A DNA stretch of 60,561 nt. Source: a virus. Lineage: Duplodnaviria; Caudoviricetes. Of the stretch, positions 1 through 9,624 are shown one piece after another. The stretch spans positions 1-60,561 of IMG/VR virus record IMGVR_UViG_3300020179_000033; one strand, written 5' to 3'. Within the stretch, counting starts at the first letter, position 1; the number at the start of each line of letters is the position of its first letter. Both the position numbers and the translations under genes were made by a program. Under the pieces are notes generated by a model. That model saw only the letters and a list, made by a program, of their open reading frames with translations. It was not told where the DNA came from and did no database searches.

Positions 1-2
1 AT

Positions 3-302
3 AATTGGGGGTGGGGAGGTTTGGGAGGTCATGGGGGTGGTGGAAACGCTGGTCAAATAAATCAACCAACAGGTCAATCAGGATTCAACGGTACTGCAAA
101 TACTGGTGGAGGGGGCGGTGGTGCTAATGGATGGGCTACCGGGCTCAATGGCGGTAATGGTGGGTCAGGAGTTATAATTTTAAGATATAATTCAAATGTA
201 AATCTACAAATTGGATTAGGGATAACTGCTGTTACTGTAGCTATAGGAGACAAAAAAGTAACAACATTTACAGGAGGTGCAGGTACAATTACCTTTAGTT
301 AA
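3..302 (+). CDS. Glycine-rich fibre/adhesin-like protein, C-terminal part (5' truncated by window edge)
   Basis: Frame is open from nt 3. Polyglycine runs end in GGSGVIILRY...VTTFTGGAGTITFS, like the two paralogues at 307 and 58925. Confidence 0.75.
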   Translation, partial: NWGWGGLGGHGGGGNAGQINQPTGQSGFNGTANTGGGGGGANGWATGLNGGNGGSGVIILRYNSNVNLQIGLGITAVTVAIGDKKVTTFTGGAGTITFS

Positions 303-306
303 TAAT

Positions 307-1374
307 ATGGCCGATGTAACAATATCTGATTTATCTAGAGTATTAACAACCAACACAAGCGCTATTATACCAATTACTATTGGCGGAGTTACATATGGTG
401 TACCTGTTAGTGCAATAATTACTGCTAACGGCAGTGTAGGTACAAATTATATGCAAATTCCTGCAGGTACTGCAGCTCAGCGTACTGGTACGCCTCTTGA
501 AGGAGCAATAAGATATAATTCTACATCTAAGACAATTGAATACTTCAATGGAACAGTTTGGTCAGGAGATAGTATTAATGCAACAGTTTTATTAGTCGGT
601 GGTGGTGGGGGCGGAGGCTGCAGTTATGGTGATGGTACCGGTGGAGGTGGCGGCGGGGGTGTTTTAGAAGTTTCAAAAAGTATATCACGTGCTTCTATTT
701 TTTCTGTAACTGTTGGTCAAGGTGGTGCAGAGGGATCTGGAAGTAACCAAACAGGACAAAATGGTGGAAATAGTGTTTTTTTAGATCAAACAGCTCTAGG
801 CGGCGGCGGTGGGGCAGCGGGCGATATTCCTAATGGCAGAGTAGGAGCGTCTGGAGGCGGAGGGTGGGTAGGAGCTTCAGGAGCTGTAGGTTCAAATGGG
901 ACACCAGGCCAGGGCTTTAAAGGCGGAGACGGATTACCCGGCGGCTATAATCCTGGTGGTGGGGGGGGAGGCGGGGGAGGGGCTGGTGGTCCTGGATCAA
1001 ACGGTGGGCAATATAATCCAGGTGGTAACGGTGGTATAGGTAAATCATCTTTAATTACCGGGACAATTACATTTTATGGAGGCGGTGGTGGTGGCGGTTC
1101 TTGGCAAGCTGCTGGTGGAACCGGTGGTAACGGAGGCGGTGGAAATGGGGGATCGAGAACTCTTGGTACAAATGCAACTGCTGGTATAAATGGACTTGGA
1201 GGGGGAGGCGGTGGTTTTTCTGCTAATGGCGGAGGACCTGCAGGTAAAGGTGGTAGTGGAGTGGTTATTATAAAGTATGAAGGGGTACCTCAAGCAACTG
1301 GTGGTTCAATAACCCAAGCAGGCGGGTTTACTATTCATACTTTTACAGCTTCAGGGACATTTACTGTTTCATAA
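307..1374 (+). CDS. Glycine-rich domain virion fibre/adhesin-like protein
   Basis: ATG at 307 (MADVTISDL) just after the upstream stop. Contains the fibre motif IPAGTAAQR...GAIRYNS and a VLLVGGGGGGG...GGSGVVIIKY...TIHTFTASGTF glycine-rich domain. Confidence 0.75.
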   Translation: MADVTISDLSRVLTTNTSAIIPITIGGVTYGVPVSAIITANGSVGTNYMQIPAGTAAQRTGTPLEGAIRYNSTSKTIEYFNGTVWSGDSINATVLLVGGGGGGGCSYGDGTGGGGGGGVLEVSKSISRASIFSVTVGQGGAEGSGSNQTGQNGGNSVFLDQTALGGGGGAAGDIPNGRVGASGGGGWVGASGAVGSNGTPGQGFKGGDGLPGGYNPGGGGGGGGGAGGPGSNGGQYNPGGNGGIGKSSLITGTITFYGGGGGGGSWQAAGGTGGNGGGGNGGSRTLGTNATAGINGLGGGGGGFSANGGGPAGKGGSGVVIIKYEGVPQATGGSITQAGGFTIHTFTASGTFTVS

Positions 1375-1375
1375 T

Positions 1376-2029
1376 ATGGCAAATTTAGTAACATATACTC
1401 AAAGCCCTTTTAACAAGGCACGTAAAGACAAATTTTTATTTGTTTTAAATTTACCTGCCTGCTTAAAAGATATTTCTAGAAAATTTGAACGTGATAATGA
1501 AACAGTAATTCCTGACGCTTTACAATTTTCTGTATTCGGTGCCACTATTCCTGAAGTTTCTGTACCGTCTGTTAATATAAGATATTCTGGTCAGACATTA
1601 GCCAATTCTAGTTATTCACGAGACCCCTATCCCCCAGTGACAATAAATTTTACAGTTGACAACAGATTTAACAATTATTGGATTATCTATAAATGGTTAG
1701 ATCTTTTAAATAATGCCCGGCTTAGCATATTTGATGCCGACAATCTTATTAACAATGATATTAAAGCTTCTTTAAATAAGCAGGCTACTATAGCTAATAA
1801 ACAAAATTCTGCAGGAGCCGATTTTCTTAAGTTTAGAGCTAACTTTTCGTTATTTGCTTTAGACGAATATGACAAGAGAATTATAGAATTTATTTATAAA
1901 GAGGCGTTTCCAACAGCTATTGGAGCTATCAATTTTAACAATAGAGATGCCGGTGAAATTGAAACTTCTTTTACTTTTGAATATTCACAGCTGGAAGTAT
2001 CTCTAGTTGAACAGATAGATAATTTGTAA
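1376..2029 (+). CDS. Tail tube terminator / tail completion protein (T4 gp3-like, tube fold)
   Basis: FSVFGATIPEVSVP...YPPVTINFTVDNRFNNYWIIYKWL...EAFPTAIGAINF pattern; lies immediately upstream of the sheath gene. Confidence 0.6.
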   Translation: MANLVTYTQSPFNKARKDKFLFVLNLPACLKDISRKFERDNETVIPDALQFSVFGATIPEVSVPSVNIRYSGQTLANSSYSRDPYPPVTINFTVDNRFNNYWIIYKWLDLLNNARLSIFDADNLINNDIKASLNKQATIANKQNSAGADFLKFRANFSLFALDEYDKRIIEFIYKEAFPTAIGAINFNNRDAGEIETSFTFEYSQLEVSLVEQIDNL

Positions 2030-2057
2030 AAATTGAAAAGTTTTATCTGAAAAAACA

Positions 2058-2063
2058 TAAATA
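2058..2063 (+). promoter_or_regulatory. T4-type late promoter core TAAATA
   Basis: 6 nt before the sheath ATG; no Shine-Dalgarno. Confidence 0.7.
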
Positions 2064-2069
2064 TTTTAT

Positions 2070-4370
2070 ATGGCACGCACAATTCAAAGTCCCGGTGTTC
2101 AAATTCAAGAAGTAGACCTTTCTCTTGCAAACGTTGGAACACCTTCTACTACAGTGTTTATTCCTGGTTTTGCAAATAAAGGACCAACATCAGAACCAGT
2201 AACAATTTCTTCATTATCAGAATTTGAGCAAATATTCGGTACACCGACAAACGGTGCAGAAAGATATTTTTATCATTCTGTTAAAGCAGTATTACAATCA
2301 CCTGCTAATATTATTGTATATAGACTTCCTTACGGAACCGGTGCCGGTGTAGATACAAGTGATGAATACAGCGCATTGGTTTACCCGGTACAAGTTTATT
2401 GCCCTTCTGTAGGTTATGTTGAAAGCGATTTAACTAAAACAGATGCTCGTTATTTCTTTGGAACACCTACACATCTAAAACTAACACAGACAGAATATTA
2501 TAGCATCTTACAGGGTGATGCTTTTGCTTGGGCCGATGATACAGAAAACAGAGCGATCTTTCCTAATGTAGCCTCATTGAGTGGTGCAGGGTTAATTGTT
2601 CTTAATAAGAATCAATCTACGATTAATACTAAATTTGAAGGTACATATATCGGTATAATCGATAATACCAATTTAAATCCTGCTACACCATTTAACGATG
2701 TAGGTAGGGTTTATACCATTAACGACGAAACTGTTGCAGTTCATGGCAATAGTAATTATGTAGAAATTCCTTCTACTAGATTAAACTTTTCTCTAAGCGC
2801 TGATACAACTGGAATGCAGGGTTCAGTCTCTGAAGTATTAGAAAATATACCTTCCTTTGATATATCCTCGAATCAATTTGATGATACAGTTGCAATCGGT
2901 GTATTTAAATTACGTCAGTCTGTATTTTCTCCTGATACAATAGCTTTAGATTATGTTGTTCAGGAAAGCTACACCGGTTCATTTGATTCGAATAGACAAA
3001 TTAACAATGAAAACGGTGGACCAGCTATTAGTTTTTCGATTGAACAGTCTAACGCCGGTTCTTTTAATACTACCATAATTGTTAATCCATATGTTGCTAA
3101 TAAAAACAGCACAACATGGTTAAATCTTTCCGGTGTACCTGAAAAGAAGGTTCGCTTCCTTTCCAATGCATTAGCTATACCATTAGAAGGTGAAACATCT
3201 TCTGAATATTTAACCCGTGTTGGTGCTCCTCAAGTAAACGTACAAGCAATGCTAACCACACTTGGAAGCACCGCTGCCCTTTACCCACTAGGCGATTTTG
3301 ATAATCAAGATTTAGCTACTAAGATAATTGGTAACCTACCACTTAAACTTACAAACGCCACAGAGAGAGTGAATAATGTTGATCTCTATCCAATTACACT
3401 TACTCTTGAAGCAGGTCTGGGTACAGTTTATGTAAATTCGTTTAATCCTTCTACATATACTTACTTTGATGAAACAGCTCCTTTTGAAGAACTGGTTGAT
3501 TCACTAAGAGTACAGAATCCTGCCACATTACCAGTAGGTGTAACACGCTATAATGCAGCAATTCAACCTCTATTAAATCTTGCTGAATCAAGAAAAGATC
3601 ATCTATTAATTCTCGATTCGATTTCGAACATATTTGTACAAGGAGCTAACGTTAAAACATTAGACGTACGTGGTACAAGTTTCTCCGATTACATTTACTG
3701 GCCGCTAAAGAATCAGTTTGCTGCTTACAATACCAGTTTTGCTTGTACATTTGCAAATATTGCTCAGGTAACAGATTCTGCAACTGATCAACAAGTCTGG
3801 GTACCGTTCTCTGGATTTGCAGCAGCTGCAATGGCTAAGACAGATAATAACTATCAGCCATGGTATGCTCCCGCTGGGTTCTCTCGCGGTGTTGTTGTGG
3901 GTGTTAATGATCTTGCCATCTATCCTAAGCAAAAACAACGCGATCAATTGTATAAGATCAATATTAACCCAGTTGCATTCTTCCCATCTGAAGGGTTTGT
4001 AATATTCGGTCAAAAGACCCTACAGAAGAAGCCAAGCGCATTTGATAGAATTAATGTTCGTAGATTGTTCCTTAATCTTGAAACTGCAACTCGTGATACT
4101 CTTAAGTATTTTGTATTCGAGCCAAATACACTCTTTACGCGTACACAAGTTATCAACACAATCAGCCCGTTATTTGAGAATGCTAAGAATACTCAAGGTA
4201 TATACGATTATCTAATTATATGCGATGAGCGTAATAATACGCCCGCTGTAATTGATGATAATACATTGGTTGTTGACATCTATGTTAAACCTGTTAGAAC
4301 AGCAGAGTATATACTTTGCAACTTCTACGCAACTAGAACCGGAACAAACTTCCAGGAGATAGTATCATAA
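2070..4370 (+). CDS. gp18: Contractile tail sheath protein
   Basis: N-terminal SPGVQIQEVDLS and GFANKGP; C-terminal PWYAPAGFSRG, LYKININPV, FGQKTL, FDRINVRRLF, FVFEPN, CDERNNTP. Confidence 0.96.
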   Translation: MARTIQSPGVQIQEVDLSLANVGTPSTTVFIPGFANKGPTSEPVTISSLSEFEQIFGTPTNGAERYFYHSVKAVLQSPANIIVYRLPYGTGAGVDTSDEYSALVYPVQVYCPSVGYVESDLTKTDARYFFGTPTHLKLTQTEYYSILQGDAFAWADDTENRAIFPNVASLSGAGLIVLNKNQSTINTKFEGTYIGIIDNTNLNPATPFNDVGRVYTINDETVAVHGNSNYVEIPSTRLNFSLSADTTGMQGSVSEVLENIPSFDISSNQFDDTVAIGVFKLRQSVFSPDTIALDYVVQESYTGSFDSNRQINNENGGPAISFSIEQSNAGSFNTTIIVNPYVANKNSTTWLNLSGVPEKKVRFLSNALAIPLEGETSSEYLTRVGAPQVNVQAMLTTLGSTAALYPLGDFDNQDLATKIIGNLPLKLTNATERVNNVDLYPITLTLEAGLGTVYVNSFNPSTYTYFDETAPFEELVDSLRVQNPATLPVGVTRYNAAIQPLLNLAESRKDHLLILDSISNIFVQGANVKTLDVRGTSFSDYIYWPLKNQFAAYNTSFACTFANIAQVTDSATDQQVWVPFSGFAAAAMAKTDNNYQPWYAPAGFSRGVVVGVNDLAIYPKQKQRDQLYKININPVAFFPSEGFVIFGQKTLQKKPSAFDRINVRRLFLNLETATRDTLKYFVFEPNTLFTRTQVINTISPLFENAKNTQGIYDYLIICDERNNTPAVIDDNTLVVDIYVKPVRTAEYILCNFYATRTGTNFQEIVS

Positions 4371-4384
4371 TCAATAGAGGTTAA

Positions 4385-4390
4385 TAAATA
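4385..4390 (+). promoter_or_regulatory. Late promoter core TAAATA
   Basis: 5 nt before ATG 4396. Confidence 0.7.
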
Positions 4391-4395
4391 ACTTT

Positions 4396-4944
4396 ATGGC
4401 AGATGTAAATCAATTAATCACAGACTTCTACAGAGTAGCAACAACACGTGAATTTGCACGTGATTTTAATTTTCGCGTACTTTCTATTAATACCGGTGGT
4501 GCAAGCACAGTAGCGTTTGATGAAAATGATCTAGTATACGTAAAAACAGCAACCTTACCAGCACGTTCTATTACAAATGTTCCGGTACCTTACATGGGAT
4601 TAAATTTTAACTTACCTGGTAATGCTACTTATCCTAACAGTGATAGCTATGAATTAACATTTTATGCGGATGCGCAGTCTCAGATACGTCAAAAGTTTGA
4701 GCAATGGTCCACAGACATTTTTAATGATGCTAATTCTACTGGAAATTATTTTTCTCCTAAGCAAACCGCCATTATCGATCTTGTACAACTTGATAACGAG
4801 TTAAATAGTGTTGGTCAATATCAATTAGTTGGTGTTTCTGTAAGAAATGTTGGTCCTCTACAGTATAATATTGCTACAGGTACTGGTGAAACCATAGAAT
4901 TTACTGCTACTGTCTCCTATCATTATTGGAGAAAGCTTAGCTAA
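4396..4944 (+). CDS. gp19: Tail tube protein
   Basis: 182 aa directly after the sheath gene; KTATLPARSITNVPVPYMG, IRQKFEQW, VQLD, EFTATVSYHYW match the T4 gp19 pattern. Confidence 0.88.
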   Translation: MADVNQLITDFYRVATTREFARDFNFRVLSINTGGASTVAFDENDLVYVKTATLPARSITNVPVPYMGLNFNLPGNATYPNSDSYELTFYADAQSQIRQKFEQWSTDIFNDANSTGNYFSPKQTAIIDLVQLDNELNSVGQYQLVGVSVRNVGPLQYNIATGTGETIEFTATVSYHYWRKLS

Positions 4945-4959
4945 TTTGTAGTTTAGATC

Positions 4960-4965
4960 TAAATA
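4960..4965 (+). promoter_or_regulatory. Late promoter core TAAATA
   Basis: 5 nt before GTG 4971. Confidence 0.65.
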
Positions 4966-4970
4966 ATTAG

Positions 4971-5879
4971 GTGAACAATCCGTTTACCAGTGCTTTAAAT
5001 TCACTAGGTCAAAATTTCGTAGATTTGGGTAGAGGAACAAATGCCTCTTTTGCTCCTCAAGCAATAAATCTTTTTGGATTTAATATACCCGGGGTACCAA
5101 TCATTTCACCAAGAGATTATTTCTTGGTTCAAATGGAATCGTGGTTTACCTCCATCCCAAACTCTACTCAATGGATTATAGTAATAGATAATTATCCACC
5201 CTCATTAAGAAGTAGTGTTATTCAAGGATTAGAAAGAACTGATGGCAGTAAAAAGGGGTTTGATATAGATACTGCTCGAGCTATTTTAAATAGTTTTCCT
5301 TTACAAAAAATTGTGGGGTGTTTATTTGCGCATGCAATTACAATACCCACAGAACAGTTTGCTGTAAGTACAGCTTCTATTAACAACAATAGAGGGTTTT
5401 TACCAGGAATATTAGGCGGACCTCGTCTTTCAGAAGCACCTGAGCTAGTAATTGAATTTAGAGAAACTAATACCTCTTTTATTGACTTTGTCTTAAGACC
5501 CTGGGTTATATTAGGATCGCATTTTGGTATGACAGCTCGCCCCGGAGATGTTCAAGGTAATAAAGACCCAAAAAATATGAAAGTAAATATGACTCTACTT
5601 GAATATACTAGAACATATCAAGGTATTTCTATGATCCCAAGAAAGGTGTTTAATTTCTTTAATTGTATGCCATACCAGGTTTCTGAACAATCTTTAGATT
5701 ATTCAGATGAAAAGCTAACTACTTATAGTACAAGATGGACATACTCTAATTATACGGTTGAAAACAATCTTTACTTGCCTATTGCAGATATTGTTAATAG
5801 AATATCTAATGGATCTATTCCTAGAATTACAAGCTTCCAAAATGGACTTGGGAATATTAATCCATTAGGATTTTTATAA
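4971..5879 (+). CDS. Tube-fold baseplate protein (gp54-like tube initiator)
   Basis: FAHAITIP...LVIEFRET...FVLRPW...FFNCMPYQVSEQSLDY...WTYSNY resembles tube paralogues; synteny. Confidence 0.55.
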   Translation: MNNPFTSALNSLGQNFVDLGRGTNASFAPQAINLFGFNIPGVPIISPRDYFLVQMESWFTSIPNSTQWIIVIDNYPPSLRSSVIQGLERTDGSKKGFDIDTARAILNSFPLQKIVGCLFAHAITIPTEQFAVSTASINNNRGFLPGILGGPRLSEAPELVIEFRETNTSFIDFVLRPWVILGSHFGMTARPGDVQGNKDPKNMKVNMTLLEYTRTYQGISMIPRKVFNFFNCMPYQVSEQSLDYSDEKLTTYSTRWTYSNYTVENNLYLPIADIVNRISNGSIPRITSFQNGLGNINPLGFL

Positions 5880-6736
5880 TGGCGTTTTATTTAAATTTTG
5901 AACCACCTACCTTAAAGAAGTCTTTAAAAATAAAGGAACTATCTTTTAAACAGTTTCGTGAACTAAACAAATATATTCTAACAGACAATAATGCTTTTGT
6001 TGAGCATTTTATTAATACTATTATTTTTGATAATCTTGAAGATAAAAATATATTTTTTAAACTAAGTAATTTTGATAAGTTTTGTTGTATGCTACTTTTA
6101 AGAAGTGTATGCATATCACCAGAGCTTGAAATATTTCAAAAAAAACAAAATATAAAAATTTCTATAAGTGATTTTTTAAATAATTGTTTAAATTTTAAAA
6201 AAACTTTTAGTAAAACTTTTACTCATCAGAAATTAGAAGTTACACTCGGATTACCTAATAATTTTATTATAGAAAATTTTTTAGAACTACCCCATCTTGT
6301 CATAAAAAGCGTAAAAATAGAAGATGCTATTTATAATTTTGATAATATAGAAAGTACTTTAAAAGATGAAATTATCGAATCATTACCCGGTAATATAATT
6401 TTTGAAATAAAGACATTTTTTAATGAAATAGTAGAATGTTTTAATTTGCTTGAATTTAAAATACCTAACTTAGAAGAAGCTATTATCTTAAACCCTTATG
6501 ACGGTACTCTAATAGAAATTTTAAAATTAGTTTTTAGAGCAAATCTTTCAAACATTTATGAAATGCAGTATATTCTTGTTAGTAAACTACACTATACCCC
6601 AGATTACTTAGACGAAAACACGTTTACCGAAAATTTGCTTATTGTAAGGCTTTTTGAAGACGAAATAAAAAGACAAGAAGAGCAAAATAAAAAGTCAAAA
6701 ACACCATCTGTACCTATTAACCCTGGAAAACTGTAA
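5879..6736 (+). CDS. Baseplate hub assembly protein (gp26-like N-terminus, gp51-like C-terminus)
   Basis: LSNFDKFCCMLLLRSVCISP resembles gp26; C-terminal QYILVSKLHYTPDYLDENTFTE...FEDEIKRQEE resembles gp51. Confidence 0.45.
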   Translation: MAFYLNFEPPTLKKSLKIKELSFKQFRELNKYILTDNNAFVEHFINTIIFDNLEDKNIFFKLSNFDKFCCMLLLRSVCISPELEIFQKKQNIKISISDFLNNCLNFKKTFSKTFTHQKLEVTLGLPNNFIIENFLELPHLVIKSVKIEDAIYNFDNIESTLKDEIIESLPGNIIFEIKTFFNEIVECFNLLEFKIPNLEEAIILNPYDGTLIEILKLVFRANLSNIYEMQYILVSKLHYTPDYLDENTFTENLLIVRLFEDEIKRQEEQNKKSKTPSVPINPGKL

Positions 6737-6755
6737 GACCTGAATAAATTATTAA

Positions 6756-7529
6756 GTGAGTAATAATACGGTATTAGACAAGATTAAGCAAATAGCTATT
6801 TCTAATAAAGTAACTACCTTTGCAAGGTCCTTAAATACAGACGTTGCTTTATTGCCTTTGACAATTAAACAGCAAAAAAATATTATTAAAACCGCATTAG
6901 ATGTAGTACTTTCACCTATTACTTTTTCTTTAACTACATCAGAAATTATTAAAGAAAACTTACAACCTAAAGCAAATTTATCAATTTTAGATAAACCTAT
7001 TGTCCTAATTGCACTAAGGGTTAATTCACTCGGTACCGATTATACTACTGACGGTGAAGATAAGCTTACCGTTAATTTATCTGAAGTTCTTAATAAGCGT
7101 GATTCAATTAACCCTCTAGATTTAGCAGAAACCTTAACGTTTGATAATTTAGAGATTACCACTAAAGTACCTTCTCTAGAAGAAGACTACAGAGTAAATC
7201 TAGAATGTAAAAAAGTACTAGAGAGCCGTAAAAGTGCAGATTCTGAAAAAGTTAAAGACTTAATTGGTGAAGTTTATATTTACGAAATTATAAAATTTAT
7301 AGATAACATTAAAATAGCGGCAGATGGAAAGACAGACGAGGTAAAATTTAATATCCTTTCAATTAATCAAAAAGTAGAAACCGTAGAAAGCCTACCAATG
7401 GCAGTAACAACAAAGCTTATTGAAAGTATAGCTAAGATTAGAAAAGTAGAAAGTGAACCCCTTAAGATATTAGTTGGCGATAAAGAAGTTACGATAAACT
7501 TAGACACTGCATTTTTCACTAAAGAATAG
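6756..7529 (+). CDS. Baseplate hub assembly protein (gp26-like)
   Basis: PLTIKQQKNII...LSILDKPIVLIALRVNSLG...VESLP; GTG start 5 nt after TAAATT. Confidence 0.55.
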   Translation: MSNNTVLDKIKQIAISNKVTTFARSLNTDVALLPLTIKQQKNIIKTALDVVLSPITFSLTTSEIIKENLQPKANLSILDKPIVLIALRVNSLGTDYTTDGEDKLTVNLSEVLNKRDSINPLDLAETLTFDNLEITTKVPSLEEDYRVNLECKKVLESRKSADSEKVKDLIGEVYIYEIIKFIDNIKIAADGKTDEVKFNILSINQKVETVESLPMAVTTKLIESIAKIRKVESEPLKILVGDKEVTINLDTAFFTKE

Positions 7530-7567
7530 TACAATTTTAAAGGTTTGTTCATAAGTATTAATAGCTT

Positions 7568-9613
7568 ATGGACCCTCAACAGTTTCAGCTATTTTTAGAT
7601 CAATTAACTAGAATTAGTTCTCGGTTAGACACTATATACAATGAAATGCCAGAGCCTGAAGATAAGAATAAAGACAAAAGTAAAATAGAAAGGTTACAGC
7701 CTAAAGAAAAGGAAAGACAAAAAGAAATAGCAAAAATTTATTCCAAGGAATTTGAAAAGAATTTTGAAAAATTAAATAAGAAACAAAAAGAATTATTTGA
7801 TGAAAATCAAAAAATATTTCAAAAAAACGGAATTAAGGTAAGATTAGAATTTGTATCTAGAGATGTTTTAAGAAACCTTAAAAAAGTTTTTTCAGAAAGT
7901 GTTGCAGGAGCATTAGCCCTTCAAACTATGGGCGGCGGCAAAAAAGGCGGAAGTATGGCAGGTGCTGCAGGTAACTTTTTAGGAGGATTAATAGGCGGAG
8001 CAGGACCCATGGGCGCATTAATAGCAGCTATAGCCGCAGTAGGCGGAGTTGCTATTATATTTTTACTTTTAAAAAATTTAGATAAATTAGCTACCTTTAT
8101 GAAAGAAGCATTGCCTGCTATAGGAAATTTTCTGGTAAAAGTATTACCACCCGCTATTGAAAGTGTAGGAAAAGCTATATCTACTATAGTAATTCCGCTT
8201 ATTAAAACATTAGTTGAAAATGTAGTAAAATTAGCCGATACAATCCTGTCTCACATACCGCCCGTCTTAAAATCTATAGGCGAAATTTTACTACCTATAA
8301 TAAACAACATAAAAGAGTTTTTTATGTATATTATTGCAAATATCCCTACTATAGTTGATTCGTTTTTTGGAGGTATATCTAAACTAACAGAAATAATTTT
8401 AAGTAACCTACCTCCTATAATGCCTTATATAACAGAACTTGCAAGCTATGTAAAAGAGATAGCACTTTCTTTAGTAGATAAAATTCCTTTAATTTTAAAT
8501 ACATTTAAAGATGTTTTTTTACCCACTCTATCTGCAATAAAAGATATTATCTTAACTTTAATACCTCCTTTAAAAGATATACTTAGTGAAGTTATTAAAG
8601 GTATTACTACAATTGCACCTTATGTTAAAGATATTTTAATAAGCGCGTTTAATAATTTAAAAGAAATCTTAACTAGTTTATTTACCGCTATTCAGCCATT
8701 GTTACAATATGTAGGACCGGTCTTTTTAGCAACTTTAAACCTTTTACAATCTACTGTTACTGGTATATTTGATGCTTTTTCAAAGTTAATAAATTTTTTT
8801 AAAGATATAGCTTTAAAAGTACTTGATTCTGTAGATAAAATATTCGAAACCTTCAGTAATAATTTTAAGTGGATTATGAGTCAATCCCCAAGCCATATTT
8901 TAAAGGTAGCAGGAGCAGTTACCGCTCTAGGAATAGCTATTGCTTCATTTGGATTATCTGCTGCAGGCGGTAGCGTTGCGTCAGCAGCTGGTACTCTTTT
9001 TAATAGAGTAGTAAACGGTAAAACACCACTGGAGTCTATTATTGAGTTTGCTGATAAAAGCGAAAAACTTAAAATAGCTGCAGATAACGTCGGTATATTA
9101 TCTACAGCACTTGCTTCGTTTACTCAAGCTAAATACGGCGATGAATTTATTGATCAAATGATTAAAGTTGGAAAAGGATTAGAGCAAATTACTAATGCAA
9201 AGGGATTAGAAAAACTAGGTAATTTAAAATATGTAAATGATTTAAAAAATATTGAATTACCTGCCAAGCAAGTTGAAGTCACCAGTAAACAATTACCACT
9301 AATAGAAATGGCAGCTGAAAAAGAAGCTGTTTTTGATAGCCTCTATACTTCTACAACCACTTTAAACGAAAGTATACTTGAACTCAATACTTCATTAAAT
9401 GAAATAAGAGATAGGCTTGATAACTCTATAAAAGTTCAACAACAACAAGCTAAGCTAACAGATAACAGCTTAGGAACTTTAAAAGAAATACGCGATAAAG
9501 AACAAGCCAGTAGTAATGTGGTTGTCAATAACAGTTCTAGCCAGATGGTTTTAACTCAAAAATCACAATCTAACTTAGACTTTAGAAGAGGACTCTTAGC
9601 TGTTAACTATTAA
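7568..9613 (+). CDS. Tape measure protein
   Basis: 681 aa, helical, with Gly/Ala hydrophobic segments and roughly 11-residue Pro/hydrophobic periodicity; sits between hub chaperones and baseplate genes. Confidence 0.7.
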   Translation: MDPQQFQLFLDQLTRISSRLDTIYNEMPEPEDKNKDKSKIERLQPKEKERQKEIAKIYSKEFEKNFEKLNKKQKELFDENQKIFQKNGIKVRLEFVSRDVLRNLKKVFSESVAGALALQTMGGGKKGGSMAGAAGNFLGGLIGGAGPMGALIAAIAAVGGVAIIFLLLKNLDKLATFMKEALPAIGNFLVKVLPPAIESVGKAISTIVIPLIKTLVENVVKLADTILSHIPPVLKSIGEILLPIINNIKEFFMYIIANIPTIVDSFFGGISKLTEIILSNLPPIMPYITELASYVKEIALSLVDKIPLILNTFKDVFLPTLSAIKDIILTLIPPLKDILSEVIKGITTIAPYVKDILISAFNNLKEILTSLFTAIQPLLQYVGPVFLATLNLLQSTVTGIFDAFSKLINFFKDIALKVLDSVDKIFETFSNNFKWIMSQSPSHILKVAGAVTALGIAIASFGLSAAGGSVASAAGTLFNRVVNGKTPLESIIEFADKSEKLKIAADNVGILSTALASFTQAKYGDEFIDQMIKVGKGLEQITNAKGLEKLGNLKYVNDLKNIELPAKQVEVTSKQLPLIEMAAEKEAVFDSLYTSTTTLNESILELNTSLNEIRDRLDNSIKVQQQQAKLTDNSLGTLKEIRDKEQASSNVVVNNSSSQMVLTQKSQSNLDFRRGLLAVNY

Positions 9614-9624
9614 TAAGTAATAAT

